DNA of 64,000 bases from a virus. Taxonomy: Duplodnaviria > Caudoviricetes. Shown here in pieces: positions 21,646 through 29,376 of the stretch. The notes beneath the pieces were generated by a model that was not told where the DNA came from, did no database searches, and worked only from the letters and a program-made list of their open reading frames with translations. The first letter of the stretch is position 1; every line of letters starts with the position of its first letter. The translations under genes and the position numbers were made by a program. The stretch spans positions 1-64,000 of the IMG/VR virus record IMGVR_UViG_2974753081_000001. One strand, written 5' to 3'.

Positions 21646-21692
21646 GAGACCCCACCCTGGACGGCGATCCCGGACCGGTGGGGTCTCTGTCT
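21646..21692 (+). terminator. Terminator-like hairpin
   Basis: GAGACCCCACC / GGTGGGGTCTC perfect 11-bp stem. Confidence 0.65.
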
Positions 21693-21742
21693 GTCTCATC
21701 GTCATTTAGGCTGGAGACACCACCCCGTGAGGAGACCTAACG

Positions 21743-23659
21743 ATGGCCAGAGTCACCATCACCGATTACGTGTTCGAGCCATCGACTCGGCGAGTCACGC
21801 TCAACGGCGTTGGCACCGTCTCGATCCCGCAGATTCTCTCGATCCGCAACCAGACCACCGGCCAGCTCTACTACCTGAAGAGCGACTACCGGACGCTGCG
21901 GCTGGAGGGCAACACGCTGATCCTGCCGTCGGGCACCGTCGGCCTGGCTGCGAGCGCCAGCGACCGGCTGGAGATCGCCTACGAGACCTCCGTGCCGTCG
22001 GACCCCGGCAGTGGTGGAGGTCTGTCGCAGACCGAGGTCGAGACCATCGCACAGAACGCCGCTGCGGCGGCGGTGGCGACTGCTGCTCCCCTGGTCGACT
22101 CCCGCGTGCCTGCGGCCAACCTGCCGCCGCTGTTCCGCACCACCGATGCGCAGCCGTTCGCTGCGGACTCGATCTGGAACACCCCGATCGGCGACGGGTG
22201 TGCCTTCGAGGCGTCCTCGGCCCCGGCCACCGCGAGTTTCCTGGCCGCGACTCCGGCAATCAACGACGGCACGACCTACGGCTTCACCAACAACGTGGCC
22301 CGGCCCACCGATCCGATCTGCACCGCGACGATGATCAGCAACGGCAAGGTGTTCACCTTCCGGTGCCCCTACGACCCGGTCATCTCGCCGGGCACCGACT
22401 TGTCGATGCGCGTCATCGACGGGTGGCAGGCGATCGATCTCTGGAAGACCACCAAGACCGGCCTCTACACGTTCACCGCCGAGTTCATCACCGTGACCGA
22501 CCTGCGGGGCACCGGACGCAACACCGGTACCCGTGCGGCGCGGTTCCCGTCGGCAGGCGGGCTCATCCGCGCTCACGAGTTGGGCAAGTGCTACATCCCG
22601 CACGCGTTGTGCATCTCGATCCCGGCCAGCTCCCTGAAGCTGGGCTTCGTGTGGCCTGCGGCGGCAGAGGACTCACAGACCAACCTCACCTACTCCGGCC
22701 AGGTGCCGATGGGGTCGTTCTTCGCGATCCCGGCCAGCGTCGACCTCTCCACGCTCGGCCTGTCTCCGGAAGGGCTCGCGCTCGCCGAGTGCCTGCAGAA
22801 GTACGGCATGTACGTCGGCGACCAGTCCGGTTCGGCGGCGATTTCGGTCGACGGCGAGGCCACGGTTGCCATGCCCAGCGCACTGGAGCGCCTGCGCACC
22901 GACTGGACAACCAAGCTGTTCGGCCAGCTGCGTCGCGTCACCAACGTTGGCACTGTCGCGGGTGGCCCCGGAGCCCGGCGCGCTCCGGCGGCTGGTCCGG
23001 TCGCGGTGCGCTCCGATCCGCAGGACGTCACCTTCGACATTCTGGTGAGTCGGCTGCGCGCGACCAACGGCATCATGCTGACGTCGCACGACGGCGGAAC
23101 CGACGTCTCTCCGGTCGTGTCGACCAACGCAAGCCTGGGCGGCAAGTCTCTGTCGTGGATGAACTGGCCTGCGCAGTACCAGACTCTCGACGGAGCGATT
23201 CGCCGCATCGCCTCTCCGGACGGCGCGACCCGCATCCTGACGGTCAATCCCGGAGTGCGAGACGTTCGCGTCGGCGTGACCGTGGTCTCGATGCACAGCA
23301 GCGGCTTCGCCTACCTGGTGGCCGCTGGGACCGGCTCCACCGACGGATTCCGGCTGGCGGTGACATCAGGAGGTTCCTGCCACCTCCAGAAGATCGTCTC
23401 CGGCGGCAGCGGCGCGATCCAGATTTCGCCGTCCCTGCCCAATGGCTCGGTGGCGGCGGGCAAGCGCGTCGAGCTGATGATCTACGGTCCCTACGTCGCG
23501 GCGATCATCGACGGCGAGGTGGCCCTGGAGGCCAGCGACACTCAGAACATCACCGGGACCCAGACCGGCATCTACTTCCCCTCCGACACCAACATCGCCT
23601 GGCGCAGGTTCACCGTGCATTCGGTGCCTCGGGTGTTCCGCAAGCCGACGGCTGCGTAG
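21743..23659 (+). CDS. Putative virion-associated multidomain protein (C-terminal lectin-like beta-sandwich)
   Basis: Beta-rich N-terminus, central PFAADSIWNTPIG domain, ConA-like C-terminus; RBS GAGGAG. Confidence 0.65.
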   Translation: MARVTITDYVFEPSTRRVTLNGVGTVSIPQILSIRNQTTGQLYYLKSDYRTLRLEGNTLILPSGTVGLAASASDRLEIAYETSVPSDPGSGGGLSQTEVETIAQNAAAAAVATAAPLVDSRVPAANLPPLFRTTDAQPFAADSIWNTPIGDGCAFEASSAPATASFLAATPAINDGTTYGFTNNVARPTDPICTATMISNGKVFTFRCPYDPVISPGTDLSMRVIDGWQAIDLWKTTKTGLYTFTAEFITVTDLRGTGRNTGTRAARFPSAGGLIRAHELGKCYIPHALCISIPASSLKLGFVWPAAAEDSQTNLTYSGQVPMGSFFAIPASVDLSTLGLSPEGLALAECLQKYGMYVGDQSGSAAISVDGEATVAMPSALERLRTDWTTKLFGQLRRVTNVGTVAGGPGARRAPAAGPVAVRSDPQDVTFDILVSRLRATNGIMLTSHDGGTDVSPVVSTNASLGGKSLSWMNWPAQYQTLDGAIRRIASPDGATRILTVNPGVRDVRVGVTVVSMHSSGFAYLVAAGTGSTDGFRLAVTSGGSCHLQKIVSGGSGAIQISPSLPNGSVAAGKRVELMIYGPYVAAIIDGEVALEASDTQNITGTQTGIYFPSDTNIAWRRFTVHSVPRVFRKPTAA

Positions 23660-23676
23660 GGCCTTAGGCTGATCTG

Positions 23677-24645
23677 GTGCCTATCTCTACGCCCCACATC
23701 GTTGCTAACGGTGTGGTTCGCGACCCCGATTACTGGGGCCTCCCCGTCGGCACCCCCATCGAGCCCGGCATGAATCCGAACCCCGAGGCCCCCTCAGACT
23801 CAGCTGCAGCAACGACCATCGAAGGCGCTCCCCCACTCCCCGACGCACTGGCCGACCTCTCCGAGGACGACGCCGAGGCACTTCGGGACGCCATTCATAC
23901 CGCCCTGGACAACCTGCGTGCGATACTGCCGTTTACCAACGCTCTCTACGAGAAGTCCGACGTCATCGAGGAAGCGGTGCTGCAGTTCCTCATGGAGGCC
24001 GAAGCCAAGTCGCCCGAGGTGATGCTCGCGGCCAAGGAGTATCTCGGCGACCTCGACGCCATGCTGCCGGATGTCCCCACGTGGCCCGGCCCCGAGATCG
24101 GCAGAACCGAGGCAGAGGGGTTCGACTGGGCGGCGTCGGAATGGCGCTCGGGTTCGTTCTATTCCCACGTCGAGGACTGGCGCGACATCGCGCGCGAGGT
24201 TCAGCGCGAAGGATTCAGTGAGGACGACTGGTCCGACGACCCCGAGTCGCTGCACTACCTGATTCCGGCGCGCATGGTGTCGGCCATCGCCAACTCCCCG
24301 GCCACCGACGCTCCGATTCTGCGGGGGATGCGGCTGTCGCCGGATGAGGCTGCGCAGTACGAGCGCGGCACGGCGTTCACGATGGGTATCTCGTCTTTCA
24401 CCTCAGACGAGGAAATGGCGAGCGGCTTCGCTGCTGATCCGTCCCAGTACGGCTTGAACCGCGACGTCTCCGAGGACAAGACCCAGCCGGTCGTGCTGCG
24501 CGTGCTCCCCGGCGCGCGGGCTGCTGTGGTCGACGGCGCAACCGAGTTCGTATCGATGGGCCAGTTCGAGGTCGCCGACGTATCCGAATCCGACGGCGTG
24601 AAGTACGTCGACATCACCCAGACCACGCCGCTGGAGGCACAGTGA
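23677..24645 (+). CDS. ADP-ribosyltransferase (R-S-E clade)-like protein
   Basis: LRG...SSFTSDEEMA..F...VVLRV...TEFV..G.FEV pattern in the C-terminal third; TAGGCT -10 just upstream (leaderless). Confidence 0.65.
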   Translation: MPISTPHIVANGVVRDPDYWGLPVGTPIEPGMNPNPEAPSDSAAATTIEGAPPLPDALADLSEDDAEALRDAIHTALDNLRAILPFTNALYEKSDVIEEAVLQFLMEAEAKSPEVMLAAKEYLGDLDAMLPDVPTWPGPEIGRTEAEGFDWAASEWRSGSFYSHVEDWRDIAREVQREGFSEDDWSDDPESLHYLIPARMVSAIANSPATDAPILRGMRLSPDEAAQYERGTAFTMGISSFTSDEEMASGFAADPSQYGLNRDVSEDKTQPVVLRVLPGARAAVVDGATEFVSMGQFEVADVSESDGVKYVDITQTTPLEAQ

Positions 24646-25550
24646 CCGAGCGCAACATCCTGGACGAGCCCAACGACATCAGGTTCCTGGGCAGCGGTCG
24701 CGCGGCGCACAGGACGGCCAGCTACGCCAGCAACCCCGCCTACATCGGTCGTGGTCTCACCGTTGACGGGGAGCTGCTGTCTCGTGATGACGCGGAGCGC
24801 GCGGTGGCGGGCAACCTTTCGGCGTCCGACATCACTCGCATCGCGACATCCTGGCGCGGTAGCACTGGTGAATGGTGGGGCATCTGCGGCGTGTTCGGTG
24901 ACCTCGCTGACTTCCAGGACTACGCCTGGACTGAAGACACGCTCGCGACGTACCGGGAGGACTGGGACGACTACGGAGTGCTGGGCGCGCTGTGCGTGGT
25001 CCTGATCGCCAAGCGCCCCGACCTCAACGGCGAGCAGTGGGACCCGGAGGTCCACAATCCCGCCGACGCGCTCATGGGTAACAGTTATCTGCCGCAGGGG
25101 CAGTCGGTCGAGGTGGTCGAGTGCTGGTACGACGCGGGCAACGGCTGGCGACAGGCTCCCGGATCGGGCGGCATGGTCCGCACCTCGGCGATCCCTGGTG
25201 GCGGACTTCCCTACCCGTCGAGCGACTTCGGGTACCAGTGGTACGACCTCGGCAACGGCGAGTACTACGCAGACTCTCGCGACGGCTCGATCACGCTCGG
25301 CATCGACGTCAACGCCCCCGGCGGTCAGGTGTTCTGGCAAGCCGAGGACGACCTCGGCGTCGTGGAGGAGGGCAACTTCTCCGGCATGGACCGCCGCGAC
25401 ATCAAGCTCGTGCTGCAGCGCGCTGACCGGCAGCTGAGCCAGCTCGATTCGATGCCCTCGGTCCGGCAGAAGTCCCGTGATGGCTACCAGGAGGACTACG
25501 CCGAGCGGTTCGATGATTCGAATTGGCGCGAACCAGCGTTCCGATATTGA
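24642..25550 (+). CDS. Two-module protein (ART-like domain plus repeated beta module)
   Basis: HRTA and RTSA linkers flank the modules; 4-bp overlap with the previous gene. Confidence 0.7.
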   Translation: MTERNILDEPNDIRFLGSGRAAHRTASYASNPAYIGRGLTVDGELLSRDDAERAVAGNLSASDITRIATSWRGSTGEWWGICGVFGDLADFQDYAWTEDTLATYREDWDDYGVLGALCVVLIAKRPDLNGEQWDPEVHNPADALMGNSYLPQGQSVEVVECWYDAGNGWRQAPGSGGMVRTSAIPGGGLPYPSSDFGYQWYDLGNGEYYADSRDGSITLGIDVNAPGGQVFWQAEDDLGVVEEGNFSGMDRRDIKLVLQRADRQLSQLDSMPSVRQKSRDGYQEDYAERFDDSNWREPAFRY

Positions 25551-25594
25551 CCCCCAGATATGGCGGTTATCGTGACTGACAGCTACGATATGTA

Positions 25595-25665
25595 GTGACT
25601 CCTTGGTCGGGGTCATCGAGCAAAGCACCCCCAGCCTTCGCTGAACCCGAGCTGGGGGTGTTTTC
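25595..25665 (+). ncRNA. Candidate small RNA with anti-SD hairpin
   Basis: TANNNT box TACGAT at 25584-25589; hairpin TGACTCCTTGGTCGGGGTCA; then a strong terminator. Confidence 0.35.
25623..25665 (+). terminator. Intrinsic terminator
   Basis: AAGCACCCCCAGC / GCTGGGGGTGTTT stem plus T tract. Confidence 0.8.
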
Positions 25666-25675
25666 GTCTCTCGAC

Positions 25676-25735
25676 TGGACTTCTCTCTCTACACTGGTGT
25701 ATATTTAGTGGTGTCAGGGCCGCAGGCCACCACTC
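25676..25735 (+). promoter_or_regulatory. SigA-like early promoter cassette, copy 1
   Basis: TGGACT-18-TATATT with an embedded TACAC-nn-GTGTA palindrome; homologous to 57844-57900. Confidence 0.7.
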
Positions 25736-25752
25736 CCCACGCAGGAGCCACC

Positions 25753-26970
25753 ATGATCCACTTCACCACCGCCCCCGAACTGGCCGACAACCAGCACCTC
25801 ATCCTCGACGAGCACATGGGCGTGCTGAACCACCGCATCGAGCTGGCGAACCGCAAGCTCGACCGCAACGGCATCGCGGACCGGTTCTCGGTCGAGGTCA
25901 TCGGCGACATCGTCTCCACCAGCACCGAGGGCATCGTGACCGTGGTCAACGTGGTCGAGATCAGCCACCCGGCCATCGGCCTGGACGGCGTCCGCTTCAT
26001 CGGCACCGTCGAGATCGAGCAGGGCGGCACCATTCTCCGCATGGTCCCCGGCGAGGAGACCCCGGCGGGCTTTGAGCGTCCCGACACCCACAACTGCGAC
26101 CACTGCGGCAAGCGCCGCAACCGCGCGAAGTCCTACCTGGTCATCGATGAGGCGACCGGCGAGGTCAAGCAGATCGGTTCGACCTGCCTGGAGCTGTACT
26201 TCGGCGTCACGATCAAGGGTCTCTGGGCTCTGGGCCGCTTCACCGCCGAGGAGCTGGCTGAGATGGCCGAGGTCGAGGACGAGCGTTTCGGCGGTCCCCG
26301 TGAGCCGCACCTGTTCTCGGTTCGCTACCTGATCGCGATGGCGCTGTACATCACCAACGGCGGCAAGGGCTTCGTCTCCAAGGCGGCTGCGGGCTACGAC
26401 CGCACCCCCACCTCCGCCGAGGTCATGAACACCATCACCTACCGTCCTGGCCGCGACCTCGCGCTCAACGCTCTCATGGAAGAGCGCCACGCTGGTGCGG
26501 CTGCTGTTCCTGCCGCTGACATCGACGCTGTGCTCGCTTTCGCCGACACTCTGGGGGACAGCGACTACGGCCTCAACGCTCAGGCTGCGGCCCGCAGCGA
26601 GCACATCTCCTACCGCTCGGTGGGCGTGCTCATCAGCTTGGTCGGCGTCCGCTACCGCGCCATTGAGAAGGACGCACAGCGGGAGGTCGAGAAGGCCACC
26701 ACCCTGAACGAGTGGGTCGGCGAGCCCAAGCAGCGTCTGCGCGGCCTGGAGCTGACCGTCCGTTCGATCCGCGAGATGGACGGCCAGTGGGGCACCACCA
26801 CCTTGCTGGTGATGCGTGACGCCGAGGGGCACACCTTCAAGTGGTTCGCCACCGGCACCTTCAACGTCGAGGCCGGGGACGTCCTGAAGCTCGACGCGAC
26901 GGTCAAGGCCCACGACACCTACGAGGGGGCCAAGCAGACGGTCCTCACGCGCGGTCGGGTTCTCAGCTGA
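25753..26970 (+). CDS. Zn-finger plus C-terminal OB-fold-like protein
   Basis: CDHC...C motif; OB-like C-terminus (FKWF...LDATVKAH...QTVLTR); ATG after CAGGAG. Confidence 0.75.
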   Translation: MIHFTTAPELADNQHLILDEHMGVLNHRIELANRKLDRNGIADRFSVEVIGDIVSTSTEGIVTVVNVVEISHPAIGLDGVRFIGTVEIEQGGTILRMVPGEETPAGFERPDTHNCDHCGKRRNRAKSYLVIDEATGEVKQIGSTCLELYFGVTIKGLWALGRFTAEELAEMAEVEDERFGGPREPHLFSVRYLIAMALYITNGGKGFVSKAAAGYDRTPTSAEVMNTITYRPGRDLALNALMEERHAGAAAVPAADIDAVLAFADTLGDSDYGLNAQAAARSEHISYRSVGVLISLVGVRYRAIEKDAQREVEKATTLNEWVGEPKQRLRGLELTVRSIREMDGQWGTTTLLVMRDAEGHTFKWFATGTFNVEAGDVLKLDATVKAHDTYEGAKQTVLTRGRVLS

Positions 26971-26980
26971 AAAATCGGGT

Positions 26981-27008
26981 GGCGCTGCTCCCTTCGGGGA
27001 GTAGCGTC
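26981..27008 (+). terminator. UUCG hairpin after the gene
   Basis: GGCGCTGCTCCC-TTCG-GGGAGTAGCGTC. Confidence 0.55.
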
Positions 27009-27062
27009 CCCGATGCTGGCAACAGGGAGGAGGTCCCCGCGCTGTAGTCACCCGTCAGTGAC

Positions 27063-27210
27063 GAGGAGCCCCGGTCTGGTGAGAGGACCGGGGTTCCTCT
27101 GCGTACCGGCCCTTGATACACTGATCTCGGCTGCGCGTACTTGCCCAAAGCAGGAATGCGACTGAAGAACCCCCGTATGACCGAGAGACAACGGTCGCGG
27201 GGGTTCTTTG
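27063..27210. terminator. Two further GC-rich hairpins
   Basis: GAGGAGCCCCGGTC / GACCGGGGTTCCTC at 27063-27099, and AAGAACCCCCG / CGGGGGTTCTT at about 27165-27208. Confidence 0.6.
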
Positions 27211-27232
27211 GTGTGTGGCCGGTGACCTACGC

Positions 27233-27715
27233 TACAGTGGGCACTTCACCGCATCGAATCTGAGGAGATCACTGACGGGGAACCCACTCGCACTGCCCAG
27301 TCGCGTAAGTACGCTGCAGCCGTTTTCGATCGCTTACCCGACTCGCCACCAGCTCTATCCCGAAACGGGGTAGGGCCAGAAGTGCATGGCTGCCCGATCT
27401 CTGTGCCCAGGCTGAAATTCCCGGCCTCGCGCGCGCACTGCGGCCCAACAACTGAAGTCACCTCTGTCCACTTGTCGCCTTCGGCGACAGGACAAACACC
27501 TCGCTTCGCTCGGTGTTTGGTCCTACGGACAGAACAGTCCTCGCTTCGCTCGGACCGAAAGCGATTCTCGGACTGGATGAATCCTGGAATCCCAGGACGA
27601 AAATAAAAACTCAACAGTTCTACCACTTCATGGGAGTGGGGAGTGCTCTGCCCAAATCCTGATCTGCGCACGTCCAGGGCGTACCCTGGGCTCTGGCAGC
27701 ACATCATCGGCGGGA
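27233..27715. other. Structured non-coding element (ncRNA or ssDNA origin-like)
   Basis: No credible ORF; dense hairpins; CCTCGCTTCGCTCGG occurs twice. Confidence 0.5.
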
Positions 27716-27722
27716 GGTCGGC

Positions 27723-28313
27723 ATGGTCGGCGAGTCCGTCACGATTGCCCTCAGCGTTGGTCTGTCCGCAGCCATCGCGGTCATCATTAGCAAGATCACG
27801 GAGAGGAAAATCATGGGAGCAGTAGCAGACGCCCTGCGCGACGTGGGCGCACAGCTCGCCAAGATCAAGCGCGAGCAGCAGCAGCGAGTCGAGGACCTGC
27901 AGGCGCAGCTCGACGCCAAGGGAGCCCTGGATGCAGACGACCAGGCGGCGCTGGATGAGCTGCGCGCCGGGCTCAACGAACTGGACGACCTTGTCCCCGA
28001 CGAGCCCGTGGTCACCCCGGCCCCGAACGTCGTGGAGCAGGTCGACACCACTGGCGAGACCGTCAGTCCCCCGACCGGTGACACCGCCGGTTACATCGCC
28101 GAGGGCGAGCCGATCCCGGACCCCACGGGTGACGCAGCCGACACCGATCTCGCCGCAGGCGACGACGATGCCGCTGTCGATGTCGCCGACGACGAGCCCG
28201 CTGCCCCGGCAGGCGCCGCTCCCGCCGACGATCCCGCCGTGGCTGACGACGCCGTGGCTCCGGCAGCCGACACCGTCGACCCCAACGCCGACGGCACCGG
28301 CACCTCGCAGTAG
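27723..28313 (+). CDS. Acidic coiled-coil protein with N-terminal TM helix (second start at 27813)
   Basis: RBS before both ATG 27723 and ATG 27813; Asp/Ala/Pro-rich tail. Confidence 0.7.
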   Translation: MVGESVTIALSVGLSAAIAVIISKITERKIMGAVADALRDVGAQLAKIKREQQQRVEDLQAQLDAKGALDADDQAALDELRAGLNELDDLVPDEPVVTPAPNVVEQVDTTGETVSPPTGDTAGYIAEGEPIPDPTGDAADTDLAAGDDDAAVDVADDEPAAPAGAAPADDPAVADDAVAPAADTVDPNADGTGTSQ

Positions 28314-28331
28314 CAGGTAGCTCTACCCAAA

Positions 28332-28367
28332 GGACAGCCGCTCTCGCAATCGGGGGCGGCTGTTCTC
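28332..28367 (+). terminator. Intrinsic terminator
   Basis: GGACAGCCGCTCTCG / CGGGGGCGGCTGTTC stem. Confidence 0.7.
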
Positions 28368-28383
28368 TGGTGTAATGGGGTCT

Positions 28384-28530
28384 ATGACTGCTCCCATCGC
28401 GCCGAGGTCCATCCCGGTCACCGAGGAAGATGGCTCGCTGTCTGAGGACTACATGCCCGAACGTCTGTCGCCCCAGGCGATGGAGCCTCCGGTCGATCTG
28501 GTGCTGCTGTTCGAGAACGGGATGGCATGA
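28384..28530 (+). CDS. 48-aa fibre-associated microprotein (not in ORF track)
   Basis: MTAPIAPRSIPVTEEDGSLSEDYMPERLSPQAMEPPVDLVLLFENGMA; paralogous to the next ORF. Confidence 0.7.
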   Translation: MTAPIAPRSIPVTEEDGSLSEDYMPERLSPQAMEPPVDLVLLFENGMA

Positions 28531-28664
28531 CGACGAACTCGATTCCAATCACCGACGCCGCAGGCAAGCTGCAGGAGATTCACCTGCCGGATTACCTGAA
28601 GGAAGAAAATCTCGACGGAGGTCCCGACCCGGTGGCCCTGTTCGAACAAGCGATAGAGGGGTAG
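28527..28664 (+). CDS. 45-aa fibre-associated microprotein (not in ORF track)
   Basis: MTTNSIPITDAAGKLQEIHLPDYLKEENLDGGPDPVALFEQAIEG; ATGA overlap with the previous ORF. Confidence 0.7.
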   Translation: MTTNSIPITDAAGKLQEIHLPDYLKEENLDGGPDPVALFEQAIEG

Positions 28665-28668
28665 TCAG

Positions 28669-29343
28669 ATGACGCTCGTTTCCCAGGTCAGCGGTCTGGC
28701 CACCCGAATCGGTACTGAGTTCAAGACCGTCTACACCCGGCAGGGCAATCTCGCCTCGCTGAACACGTCGAATAAGGCGTCGCTCGTGGCTGCGATCAAC
28801 GAGCTGTACGCAGGCGGTGGTGCTGGATCGATCGCGATCAACGACTCCGCTCCGTCGACCACCTCGGTGTACTCGTCTAGCAAGGTGGAGTCGGTCGTCT
28901 CGACTGCCGTCGCGGCCAAGCCGTCGATCAACGACGCAGCGCCGTCGGCGTCGAGCGTCTATTCGTCAAACAAGACCGAGGCCGCGATCTCCACTGCGGT
29001 TGGCGCGAAGCCGTCGATCAACGACACCACTGCGTCGGCGAGCACGGTCTACTCCAGCTCCAAGACCGTGGCTGAGATCAATGCGGCGGTCGCGACGCTG
29101 GTCAATGGATCGCCCGCTGCGCTCGATACGCTGAAGGAGCTGTCGGACGCGCTCGGTGGCGACGCGAACTTCGCGAGCACCATCTCGACCGCGCTGGGCA
29201 ACCGGCTCCGGTTCGACGCGGCACAGGTGCTGTCTGGTCCGCAGAAGACCCAGGGGTTGTCGAACCTCGGCGCTCAGGCGTCGGCGGACATCGGTGACAC
29301 GGCGACGGACTTCGTGGCCGTGTTCAACGCCGCGCTCGTCTAG
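28669..29343 (+). CDS. Fibre protein (short)
   Basis: Three IND...SVYSSxK repeats; GSPAALDTLKELSDALGGDANF fibre motif. Confidence 0.8.
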   Translation: MTLVSQVSGLATRIGTEFKTVYTRQGNLASLNTSNKASLVAAINELYAGGGAGSIAINDSAPSTTSVYSSSKVESVVSTAVAAKPSINDAAPSASSVYSSNKTEAAISTAVGAKPSINDTTASASTVYSSSKTVAEINAAVATLVNGSPAALDTLKELSDALGGDANFASTISTALGNRLRFDAAQVLSGPQKTQGLSNLGAQASADIGDTATDFVAVFNAALV

Positions 29344-29376
29344 TCGCTGGAGAAAAATTATCGAGAGGGCTGACCC

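Noticed and set aside
21727..23667. 646-aa alternative-frame ORF overlapping 21743..23659
   Set aside because: Arg/Pro-rich frame-shift shadow; the other frame has the RBS and a protein-like sequence.
25595..25612. Minus-strand RBS (AAGGAG) for ORF 24255..25628
   Set aside because: No start codon at a suitable distance, and the ORF is an antisense shadow; reinterpreted as a plus-strand anti-SD candidate.
27233..27715. tRNA, tmRNA or group I intron
   Set aside because: No TTC(G/A)A T-loop with a CCA end and no recognisable intron core; no interrupted gene flanks it.
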